A stretch of 59,025 nucleotides of DNA, taken from contig JAWOBZ010000003.1 of assembly GCA_046484045.1 (NCBI GenBank), positions 1 through 59,025 of the forward strand, read 5' to 3'. Origin of the DNA: Thermoplasmata archaeon (GTDB taxonomy: Archaea; Thermoplasmatota; Thermoplasmata; Halarchaeoplasmatales; Halarchaeoplasmataceae). The notes beneath the pieces were generated by a model. It was not told the origin of the DNA, did not search any database, and saw only the letters and a list, made by a program, of their open reading frames with translations. Of the stretch, positions 18,734 through 27,434 are shown in pieces (the stretch's first letter is position 1; each line of letters opens with the position of its first letter). The translations under genes were made by a program, and so were the position numbers.

Positions 18734-19339
18734 GGGGGGATTGGAGTAATTCCCCCTACTCACAAAATGAATTTTGTTCTTTTGTAGGGTCGTTGACTTC
18801 TAACAAGAAAGGTCGCTCTTTCTTGTGAATCTCAGAATTATGTAATAATTCTAGGTTAGTTGGAACAGTGTTCCACTATAAATGAAAAAAATTTGAATCA
18901 CAGAAGGATAATCGATACCTATTCAAATAATGCACAGCCCGCCAGCGGGTGGGTGTAGCGGACGTGTGTACCGTCGCTCCAGTTCTCGTAAACTACATTG
19001 GTGCCGTTTATCCCGAACTCGTTCGGGAAAGTATTGGAATTAGAAATTCCAATGTTAGAGGAATTCATTCCTCTACTCGAAGGAAAACTTATGAGTTTTC
19101 CTGTAAACTTAGAGAGCTCTGCTCGACAAGTATCTGGAAAGGCGATAGGCTTTCCTGTAGACATTTCAGTAACCATGTTACTGATGTCATAGGAATCATT
19201 GATTCCTATTTAGTAGAAATTTTGAATTCCTACGATCACATGAAATCCCATTGATTTCATGTTAGAGGTAGCGGATCTTCGTGCTGTAGTTGGCTTTTCC
19301 TACCCTTCGTCCATCTACACTGGAATGTTTGACATTCCA
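18734..19339. repeat. dense cluster of short perfect palindromes/hairpins (GGAA...TTCC core) in a gene-free region
   Basis: Fourteen dyads located by hand in this span, plus one at 18680-18712 just upstream; see the finding for coordinates. No credible ORF. Confidence 0.8.
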
Positions 19340-19568
19340 CCTCTCACTCGGTCATAGACCTCGTGACATTGCATAGCTGTAGGAGTAAACGTCGGAAGGT
19401 GTAGGTTCTCCCTGTGCTGGCGGTGTTCCGATAGTTGCCAGCCGGTTCACCTTCTCGCCGTTCAGGAAGGTCGAGAGATAGCGGTAATCCGTCTTAGAGA
19501 TAAGTGCACCAAAAAATATCGGTAATCGACCCAAAAATTTAATTCCTATCTACTTATTATTATTGACG

Positions 19569-21893
19569 ATGAAGCAGATACCAGCAGGTAAATCGATAAG
19601 GAGCGACTTCGGTGGAAAAACATCATTCAGTGATTTTATTTCTGAAATTCAGCAAAAAGAGTTGGACGGATATTTACACGTTAGTCTAGCAAAGACTGAT
19701 AGTAGATACGTAGGTAAATTGTTCTTTGCAGAGGGTAACGTGATTGCGGCAGTTCATCAAGGAAGAGAGGAACTTGAAGGAAAAAATGCAGTTAAAAAAT
19801 TGGTAGAGAACGCGATAAACCCTGACAGTTTATTGGAATTACATTCTTATTCCTACAGATCATCGTCAATCTCCATAGAGCATATATTATCTGACAAAGA
19901 GGATTGGTGGTTGGATGAGGAGATTAACATTGAACTGGAGATCAAAAGAGCGAGCAGCAAGAAAGGTAGGAAAGGGGAAGAGGAAAAATCAGTTTCCAGT
20001 GTTGATGTAGATATTGAAGATAAGGATTATTATGCCGACGATGTCTTCGAAGAAGAATTCGACATAGATATGAGTGATTTCGGGAAGATGGAGAAGATAC
20101 CGGCTGCGGTTTCACCCCTCAAAGAGGGGGAGGACATAGTGGAGAGAGCGGAAAGAAGAGTCCAGAAGATCCGAGAGGGAAAACAGGAGCAGGAATTGGA
20201 AAGATTAAAAGAGGAAATTAAGAGAAGAAAACAGGAACTCGATCGAAGAGAAAAACAGGTGCAGGAAAGGATCGATAAGATCAAGGAAAAGGAAGAAGAA
20301 CTGAAAGATAAAGCCTCACAGGTCAGAGAGGAGATGCAGAACGTAAAGGACCTCTGGACAGATCTAAGGAGGGAAAGTAGGAGCCTCACATCCGCAAAGG
20401 AAGGGATCGAAGAGAAGATAAGCGAGCAGATGAGGAGAGAAGAAGAACTCTTCGAAAAGGAGAATAAACTAGAGGAAAAGGGAGACCAGCTCTCAGAATG
20501 GGAGAAGGACATCAAAGCCCGCTCATCTAAACTAGGTAAGATGGAAGAAGAACTCAGCAGCTGGCAAAGAGAACTTTCCAGGAAGGAAAAAAGATTGGAT
20601 TCCATGGAAAATGAAGTTGAAAGTAGGGAGGAAGAAGTCTTCGACAAGGAACATGCACTCGATGAAAGAGAAAGCGAGGTATCGGAGATCGAAGAACGGA
20701 TCGAAGATAAAGAAAAGCAGATCGATAAGGTAAAGGATAGTCTTGATAAAAGGAGAAGAGAACTCAAACTCAAAGAAGACGAGTTGGATATGAAAGAAGA
20801 GAACATCCAGAATAGGGAGGAAAAACTCTCAGAGGAAAAGGAAAAAGTCGAAGAACTCAAACACGGTCTGAAAGAGGACCGCGAATCCCTGCGTGAGATG
20901 AAGAGCAGATTGAGGAGCAGAGAAAAAGAACTCAATCAAAGAGAAGCGGAAATAGATGAAAGGGAAAAGAAGGTAGAGTCCAAAGAAGAAGAATTGAAGG
21001 AGAGAAAGGATAACCTCGAAAGGAAAGCCATCGATCTAAACGAAAGGGATCTGGAATTGAACAAATGGGACGCTGACCTCAACGAAAAGGCCGATAGGGT
21101 CCTTTCCGCAAAAGAAGATCTAGACGAGAGAGAAAAACAATTAGAGGACATGAAAGAAGAACTTGAGATCAAGGAAGAAAACCTAGAAAGAAAAGAGAAA
21201 GAGCTAGAAGAAAGAAAAGATGAACTAGAGCAGAAGTACAAGGATAGAGAGGAAGAATTAGACGATAAAGAAGACGAATTAGCTGAGATGAAAAGAAAAT
21301 TGTCCGGTAGAAAGGGTGCACTTTCTAGAAAGGAAAATATCCTAGAGGAAAAGGAAGTGGAAATAAAAGAAAAATATGATCAACTGGGCGAGAGAGAAAA
21401 AGAGATCGAGCAAGAAGAACAAGAAATAGAAGATATAAAACAAGAACTCGAAGAGGAAAGAGCCGAACTGGCAAAACATAGGATGGAAATCGAAGAAGAA
21501 AGGGAAGAGATGGAGGAAGGACTCCAGGAAAAACTGAAGGAAGTCGAAGAAGAACGAAACGATCTGCAGAGCGAAAAACAAGAACTAGAAAATAAAACCC
21601 AGAAAGTAAAAGATGAGCTGGAGAAATTGATGGACGAAAAGGACGATTTGGAAGATAAAAGGTCAGAAATAGAAGAAAAGAAAAATAAACTCGAAAACAG
21701 GGAAGAAAAAATCGTCTCCTTGGAAGAAAACTTGGAGGAAAAGGGAAAGGAACTCGATGATAGAGAAAAGGATATCGAGAAGAGGGAAAAACGTCTAGAG
21801 AAGAGGGAGGAACAGGTGGAGGAGAAAGAAGAACTTTTCAATGAAAAACAAAAATCTTTGAAATCCATAAGAGAAGGTCTGGACGAGATTTAA
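19569..21893 (+). CDS. long coiled-coil protein with small N-terminal globular (DUF4388-like) domain
   Basis: The N-terminus 'FSDFISEIQQKELDGYLHV....GKLFFAEGNVIAAV....LEGKNAVKKL' resembles the DUF4388 pattern. An acidic linker follows, then roughly 580 aa of E/K/R/D/L heptad-like sequence. ATG at 19569 (the ORF track uses the TTG at 19563). Confidence 0.7.
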   Translation: MKQIPAGKSIRSDFGGKTSFSDFISEIQQKELDGYLHVSLAKTDSRYVGKLFFAEGNVIAAVHQGREELEGKNAVKKLVENAINPDSLLELHSYSYRSSSISIEHILSDKEDWWLDEEINIELEIKRASSKKGRKGEEEKSVSSVDVDIEDKDYYADDVFEEEFDIDMSDFGKMEKIPAAVSPLKEGEDIVERAERRVQKIREGKQEQELERLKEEIKRRKQELDRREKQVQERIDKIKEKEEELKDKASQVREEMQNVKDLWTDLRRESRSLTSAKEGIEEKISEQMRREEELFEKENKLEEKGDQLSEWEKDIKARSSKLGKMEEELSSWQRELSRKEKRLDSMENEVESREEEVFDKEHALDERESEVSEIEERIEDKEKQIDKVKDSLDKRRRELKLKEDELDMKEENIQNREEKLSEEKEKVEELKHGLKEDRESLREMKSRLRSREKELNQREAEIDEREKKVESKEEELKERKDNLERKAIDLNERDLELNKWDADLNEKADRVLSAKEDLDEREKQLEDMKEELEIKEENLERKEKELEERKDELEQKYKDREEELDDKEDELAEMKRKLSGRKGALSRKENILEEKEVEIKEKYDQLGEREKEIEQEEQEIEDIKQELEEERAELAKHRMEIEEEREEMEEGLQEKLKEVEEERNDLQSEKQELENKTQKVKDELEKLMDEKDDLEDKRSEIEEKKNKLENREEKIVSLEENLEEKGKELDDREKDIEKREKRLEKREEQVEEKEELFNEKQKSLKSIREGLDEI

Positions 21894-21918
21894 TTATCCA
21901 TTCGGACACGTTAAGTAT

Positions 21919-23082
21919 CTAAATTAAATCCAGCTTAGAAACGGTTTCTCCTATCCTCTTCAAAGCTTCCTTTATATTTTCTCTAGAGTTTGCAAAGGAT
22001 AATCTAAGATGATTCTCACCGACGTCACCGAATGCAGCCCCCGGCGTCGTAGCGACTTTTGCCTCCTCGAGAAGCATCATCGAAAGTTCCATGCTGGATA
22101 TATCGAAATCATAACCAGGGAATGAATAAAATGTCGCATTAGGTTTAACACAGTGGAATCCATCAATTTTGTTAAGACCGTCTACTATAACGTCCCTACG
22201 TTTCCTGTAAGATTCTACCATCTTTTGTACCTCAGGATCACCTTCGCGTAAAGCTACAATCCCAGCTTTTTGGACGAAGGAAGTTGCACATGTAATAGAA
22301 TGTGTTTGGATCTTAAGGATATCCTCTAGAAGCTTTTCATCACAGACTATCCATCCCAATCTCCAGCCGGTCATGGCGTATGATTTTGAGAAGCCGCTGA
22401 TCGTGATCGTTCTCTCCCTCATACCGTCTAATGACCCGATCGATATGTGTTCACCTTCGAATATCAGGCTCTCGTAAATCTCATCGCTTATCACGGTAAG
22501 GTCGTTGTCCACGGCTATATCTGCTATCCCTTTCATATCATCTTTACTCAGCGTTGTACCCGTTGGATTCGAAGGTGTATTCAACAACAGCACTTCGGTT
22601 CTAGATGATATTGAGTCCTGTAATAGATCCATCTCGATAGAATATTTGTTCTCTTCATCAAGCGGCACGGTTTTTGGTATGCCGTCAGCGAACTTGATCA
22701 TGGGTCTGTAAGATACCCAGGCGGGGTCCATAACAACGGCCTCCGCACCGTCGTCTAGATGCGCCAAAATCGACATGAAAAGTGCCATCTTAGCAGGCGT
22801 AACCAGTACATTCTCTTCGTCAAAATCTAATTTGTTTTTTTGTTTGATCCTCTTTGAAATTTCTGCTCTAAGTTCAGATATACCTTGTGGATTGGTGTAA
22901 TGTGTGAACCCCTCTTTCATCGCACGTGATGCAGCATCGATGATAAAATCCGGTGTCGTAAAATCGGGTTCACCAACTGCCAAAGAGATGACCTCGTCGC
23001 CTTCTTCTCCCATCTTAGCAGCCAGCTTCGATATCCTCATGGTCTCCGAAAAGCTAACATCGAGCATTCTTTTTACGGTCAT
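21919..23082 (-). CDS. class I/II PLP-dependent aminotransferase (aspartate aminotransferase-like)
   Basis: 'NTPSNPTG' and the PLP-lysine motif 'SGFSKSYAMTGWRLGW'. Confidence 0.85.
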   Translation of the reverse strand: MTVKRMLDVSFSETMRISKLAAKMGEEGDEVISLAVGEPDFTTPDFIIDAASRAMKEGFTHYTNPQGISELRAEISKRIKQKNKLDFDEENVLVTPAKMALFMSILAHLDDGAEAVVMDPAWVSYRPMIKFADGIPKTVPLDEENKYSIEMDLLQDSISSRTEVLLLNTPSNPTGTTLSKDDMKGIADIAVDNDLTVISDEIYESLIFEGEHISIGSLDGMRERTITISGFSKSYAMTGWRLGWIVCDEKLLEDILKIQTHSITCATSFVQKAGIVALREGDPEVQKMVESYRKRRDVIVDGLNKIDGFHCVKPNATFYSFPGYDFDISSMELSMMLLEEAKVATTPGAAFGDVGENHLRLSFANSRENIKEALKRIGETVSKLDLI

Positions 23083-23159
23083 TCTTTACAGACTCCTACA
23101 TCTTATTTATCCGATACAACTACACATATAGCGTTATAATAATCAGTGCCAAGATTATT

Positions 23160-24086
23160 CTACCCAATAAGTTCAGACATTATCGCTTTTTGGGCATGCA
23201 GTCTATTCTCAGCTTGGTCGAATATAACCGAGTTAGGTCCATCCATGACCTCGCCGGTGATCTCTAAACCCCTGTGAGCCGGTAAACAGTGCATGACTAC
23301 GGCGTCATCCTTTGCTTTAGAAAGCAGTCCTTGGTTGATCTGGTAGGGCAAGAATATCTTCTTGATCTCCTCTTCCTTTTTTTCATCCCCCATGGATATC
23401 CATACATCGGTATACAGAACATCCGCGTCTATAACCGCTTTGTTTGGATCATGGCTCACATCGATCTCGGTTCCATCCTCTTCAGCTAATTCTTTAGCTT
23501 TCTCCAAGATATCCATATTCGGTCCGTAACCCTCGGGAGTGCATGCGATCATATCCATCCCGACGGCCGCACAGCCCAATAGTAACGAATTGCAAACGTT
23601 GTTTCCATCACCAAGGTAGACGAGTTTGTTATTGAAATCACTTTTATGTTCTCTGATAGTCATCAGGTCTGCAACTATCTGGCAGGGATGCTCTATATCG
23701 TCAAGACCGTTAATAACGGGTACTGAGGCGTTATTGGCAAGTTCCATCATCATATCGTGTTTGAAGGCCCTGTACATGATCCCGTCAACGTACCTGCTGA
23801 GGACCTTGGATGTATCAGCTATGGTCTCACCTCTGCCCAACTGCATATCTTTGGGACTTAGATAAAGAGCGTGTCCGCCGAGCTGGGTCGTCCCCACTTC
23901 AAAGCTTATCCTGGTTCTAGTGCTCGGTTTTTCAAATATCATAGCCAAGCTTTTTCCTTTGAGGGGGTGATACGGCTCTCCGTTTTTGTGTTTCTTCTTT
24001 ATCTCTCCCGCTATCCTCAATATCTCCTTGATATCGTCTTTGATATCCATGATCGAAATCAGATGTTTTGTCATTTTATCACTCAT
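23160..24086 (-). CDS. argF: ornithine carbamoyltransferase
   Basis: 'FEKPSTRTRISFE', 'HPCQIVADL', 'HCLPAHRGLEI' (HCLP marks OTCase rather than ATCase). Confidence 0.85.
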   Translation of the reverse strand: MSDKMTKHLISIMDIKDDIKEILRIAGEIKKKHKNGEPYHPLKGKSLAMIFEKPSTRTRISFEVGTTQLGGHALYLSPKDMQLGRGETIADTSKVLSRYVDGIMYRAFKHDMMMELANNASVPVINGLDDIEHPCQIVADLMTIREHKSDFNNKLVYLGDGNNVCNSLLLGCAAVGMDMIACTPEGYGPNMDILEKAKELAEEDGTEIDVSHDPNKAVIDADVLYTDVWISMGDEKKEEEIKKIFLPYQINQGLLSKAKDDAVVMHCLPAHRGLEITGEVMDGPNSVIFDQAENRLHAQKAIMSELIG

Positions 24087-24112
24087 CCATTAGATTATTA
24101 TTCATACTCAAT

Positions 24113-25027
24113 TCATTCGTATTTACCATCGGTCAATCTAGACATGAGGTTGATATATAATTTACTTGTCTTTTCTACCATATCTTCAGGTAAAGATGGT
24201 ATAGGCGGCTCATCAGAACCTTCTTTCCTCGCTTCCATCAATTCTTGGTGATAACCGATATCTCTATAATACTGCCTCACGAACTCCTTGCTTTTTTCAA
24301 CAAAATTTCCATTTTTATATTCGTCTATTTCCCAGAACCTGTCTTCATCTGCTGTTGCGAAGGTATCTACTACCATCATATCCCTGTCGTGATCCATGGC
24401 GAATTCTTTCTTACCATCGACATGCAGTAATCCGTTCTTCTCTACGTTTTTTTCTATTATCTTGTCTATCTTCAAAACCGCATCCTTGATCTCTAAAAAT
24501 TCGTTTTCAGTAAGTCCGGATATTTCCAATGCTTCCTCATTCGATAGGTGCCTATCGTAGTCTTCTAATTTGGTCGTTACTTCGAAGAAAGGCTCAGGTA
24601 GTCTATCACCGTATCCGGGCATCGAGTCGAATCCAAAGTCCTTGTAATCAACCTCACCGTTCTTGAATCGGTCATGCAGAGAACCGGCTACAAAGTAACG
24701 GCAGATGAACTCTAGAGGTATCAGATAATTCGTCGTATCTTCATCGATCTTGGAATAATCGTGGATAACATCCACTTTATTTACTACCATATTTTGATCA
24801 TCCGGGATGCCATAAAAATGTGTCTTTATCCTGAGGTCACTCTCGATCCTTTCAAACCAGTAGGAAGATGTTTTACACAGGGTCTCTCCTTTCCTCGGTA
24901 TATCGTTGGGGATGACCTTATCAAAGACAGATATGTTGTCCGTGAAGAAGAATTCGAGGTGGTCGTCTCCTATGTCGTACACTTCCTTTACTTTACCTTT
25001 CCTTATCAGTTTTTTCATTGGGCACAC
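24113..25027 (-). CDS. purC: phosphoribosylaminoimidazole-succinocarboxamide (SAICAR) synthase
   Basis: 'GKVKEVYDIGDDHLEFFFTDNISVFD', 'IPLEFICRYFVAGS'. The start may be the ATG at 25018 (MKKL). Confidence 0.85.
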   Translation of the reverse strand: MCPMKKLIRKGKVKEVYDIGDDHLEFFFTDNISVFDKVIPNDIPRKGETLCKTSSYWFERIESDLRIKTHFYGIPDDQNMVVNKVDVIHDYSKIDEDTTNYLIPLEFICRYFVAGSLHDRFKNGEVDYKDFGFDSMPGYGDRLPEPFFEVTTKLEDYDRHLSNEEALEISGLTENEFLEIKDAVLKIDKIIEKNVEKNGLLHVDGKKEFAMDHDRDMMVVDTFATADEDRFWEIDEYKNGNFVEKSKEFVRQYYRDIGYHQELMEARKEGSDEPPIPSLPEDMVEKTSKLYINLMSRLTDGKYE

Positions 25028-25127
25028 ACAGTAATTTTCGGACAGATGTAGAATGTATTTAATATTTGTGTTCTAGCAAAATGCATATGTCTGGAGTCTA
25101 AATTAAATCGTTGCATCAAATGTAGGA

Positions 25128-25550
25128 TCATCGACCGTCGTTTAGATATTTTTTTGCTTTCTTCAAGAGATTTTTTGCATTCATAAAGGTAAGGTTGATC
25201 AATGCTTCATCGTATGGTAGCCAGGTAAATCCTTGGTGCTCTCTAGATATGTTTATCTTCCCCTTGCATGTTCTTCCCAAGAAAAATATGACTTTTTTAT
25301 GTGAGAGTTCTCTGCCCTTGTGGTAAAAATAATCTATTTCCTCTTTGAACCCGTCTTCAAGCTCAACTTCATCCTCGTTAACCCCGGTTTCTTCAGTGAG
25401 TTCTCTCAAAGCCGTTTCTGTCTCTGATTCTCCATTTTCGACGTGACCCTTCGGGAAATCCCAATGTCCGGCTGGATAGTGCAAGAGTAGATATTCTCTT
25501 TTGCCGTCTTCTCGATATAAAAGTACCCCTGCTGATCTCTCTTCCATCAT
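25128..25550 (-). CDS. Nudix hydrolase
   Basis: Nudix box 'GHWDFPKGHVENGESETETALRELTEETG'. Confidence 0.85.
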   Translation of the reverse strand: MMEERSAGVLLYREDGKREYLLLHYPAGHWDFPKGHVENGESETETALRELTEETGVNEDEVELEDGFKEEIDYFYHKGRELSHKKVIFFLGRTCKGKINISREHQGFTWLPYDEALINLTFMNAKNLLKKAKKYLNDGR

Positions 25551-25637
25551 GTTATCATTCTATTATATTTACCAAAGCCAATTATGCAATGTATTTATAG
25601 TTTACACAAAATTGATCGCCTACCTTAATAAATTTAA

Positions 25638-27314
25638 CTAATAGAACAGCAAGATGATCATCAAAAAGAACAATGATGACAGATATATTATAAATATCAG
25701 ATTTTCTTCATATTCTTCTTTGTTTATAAGGTAGAATTCTAAAACCCCCAGCAGAGCAAGGGGTGCTAAGAATACTACATCTTGAAGGATGAAATAACAT
25801 GATAGATATGTTATTATGAAGGAGATCCCGATCACGATCTTAGACCGTTTCAGGCCAATCAATCCAGGCAGTGTTGATATACCCGCTTCCTTGTCTCCTT
25901 CATAATCTTTTATGTCGATGAAATTAAGTGCCATCGTGAAGCCTAACATTAATATTAAAACCACTTTTACCGGGAACGTCAACAAAGAATAATTGACGAA
26001 CCAGTATCCCGCGATTATCAAGACCAAAGAATTAAAAGATATGATAGCCTTTGATAAAACGGGAACTTTTTTAAGACGGAAAGGCGGTGCGGAATAGAGG
26101 AAATAACCTGCCATATATGTAATAATCAAAAATAGGAATACCACACTGACAAGATATGCATATATTAATGCAACGAACAATAAAATCCATGATAATTTTT
26201 TGTAGGTTATAAGAGGGATATCACCTTTTATCAAGGGTCGTTCCTCATTCGTGACGGTATCTATAGGGATGTCTTCTAGGTTATTTATAAAAACTGAATA
26301 AAGCCATGTTAAGGCTATAGATATGACGATGATAAAAAAAGTTGGAATATGGTAGTGAACGGATATAGTCCTCTCCGTGAATGTATATGCCAAAACGATC
26401 CCCAAAAAGAACATCGATTCATAATGTATCAATCGGTAGGGTCGTATATCCTTTATTATGGATTTTAAATATGTCTTATTATATAGGAAGAATATCACGG
26501 TTCCAAGAATAAATATAATTATAAAAAATGACTGAGTCAATACGCGTGTAGAATGTGCTACTAGATTCAATCCAAGTTGACGCGCGACGTACATCAAAAG
26601 TGAGGGAAAGGCGATCATCTCCCAAAATATTATGGTGTATAAAAACAGTGTGAAAACAGCACTTTTTAACAGATTTGAAGACGATATATACAGGTATGAA
26701 AATCCAAGTATCAGAATTATTAGTATCTCTATTTTCATACCTATAGTTACACCGTAGGATTGCGGGCTAAATTGTCCAAAGTAGGTCAGATATCTGGTTA
26801 ACGTATTTGATAGGTCTCCTTCGATTATATATCCAATATTGATTCCGGGATTTCCTGTTATCGATCTTATTGTGAAGTCAACTATAGGTGCAACATTAAG
26901 AATTATGAACGTGGGCAGCACGATCTTCAATATCTTTATTACCGGTTTGTCAAGCGCTACGTAGAACAGCAAAGTTATGCCGAATGCTAGTGCCAAATAA
27001 CTAGAAAAAAAATGTATCAAATTGCCTATATTAAAAATCGCACTTAGATCATAGAAATGTAGATACAGAGATGCTTCTAAAAAATTTCTTATTGAAACAG
27101 CGAAGAAGAATGATAAGAAAAAATAAAGGACCGGTGTTTTGGAGTCTTCTATGCTTTTTATCTTTCTCTTGAGCAATTCTTCGATTTTACTTTTTGTTGT
27201 TTTTTCTCTCCCGCCCTCTTTCTCTATCATTTCTATTTCGAGGTCATCATCCATTATGTTTATCATGGAGTTGGGGTTATTATTATTTTCGGAGTGGTTG
27301 GCTTGATAGATCAT
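25638..27314 (-). CDS. UbiA-family prenyltransferase fused to a roughly 300-aa N-terminal polytopic membrane domain
   Basis: The C-terminal half carries the two Asp-rich UbiA motifs ('NNLEDIPIDTV' and 'NFIDIKDYEGDKEAG'). The N-terminal half is multi-TM with no motif I recognise. The gene is visibly AT-rich. Confidence 0.7.
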   Translation of the reverse strand: MIYQANHSENNNNPNSMINIMDDDLEIEMIEKEGGREKTTKSKIEELLKRKIKSIEDSKTPVLYFFLSFFFAVSIRNFLEASLYLHFYDLSAIFNIGNLIHFFSSYLALAFGITLLFYVALDKPVIKILKIVLPTFIILNVAPIVDFTIRSITGNPGINIGYIIEGDLSNTLTRYLTYFGQFSPQSYGVTIGMKIEILIILILGFSYLYISSSNLLKSAVFTLFLYTIIFWEMIAFPSLLMYVARQLGLNLVAHSTRVLTQSFFIIIFILGTVIFFLYNKTYLKSIIKDIRPYRLIHYESMFFLGIVLAYTFTERTISVHYHIPTFFIIVISIALTWLYSVFINNLEDIPIDTVTNEERPLIKGDIPLITYKKLSWILLFVALIYAYLVSVVFLFLIITYMAGYFLYSAPPFRLKKVPVLSKAIISFNSLVLIIAGYWFVNYSLLTFPVKVVLILMLGFTMALNFIDIKDYEGDKEAGISTLPGLIGLKRSKIVIGISFIITYLSCYFILQDVVFLAPLALLGVLEFYLINKEEYEENLIFIIYLSSLFFLMIILLFY

Positions 27315-27434
27315 TTGCCAAAATCCATTTTATGGTCTAGTATATTATATGATATTCCTTCATGTGTTTCTCCAAATAAATTATATATACGTTAAATCAC
27401 TCACCTGAATAGAATCAGGTCTAGGTGGAATAAC

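Noticed and set aside
18861-18875. Possible archaeal origin-recognition boxes (ORB/mini-ORB), which would make 18.7-19.5 kb a replication origin
   Set aside because: The canonical ORB dyad is TTCCA-N-TGGAA with a flanking G-string, whereas the dyads here run GGAAC-N-GTTCC. No orc1/cdc6 gene is adjacent, and I saw no obvious long AT-only unwinding element. It is kept only as a low-probability alternative within the finding.
18919-19534. Small ORFs in the palindrome-rich region (18919-19176 minus, 18949-19254 plus, 18998-19192 plus, 19352-19534 minus)
   Set aside because: They overlap one another on both strands, use weak or non-ATG starts and show no motifs. Their repeated 'FP/GK' dipeptides simply translate the GGAAA/TTTCC dyads. 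I treated the region as non-coding, though a decayed pseudogene cannot be excluded without a BLASTX search.
20030-21868. Long Ser/Phe/Leu-rich ORFs on the minus strand (20030-20935, 20936-21241, 21380-21868), antisense to the coiled-coil gene
   Set aside because: They are the reverse-complement reading of a GAA/AAG/GAG polypurine coding tract (TTC/CTT/CTC codons). The sequence is low complexity with no start context, and the sense frame gives a coherent coiled-coil protein.
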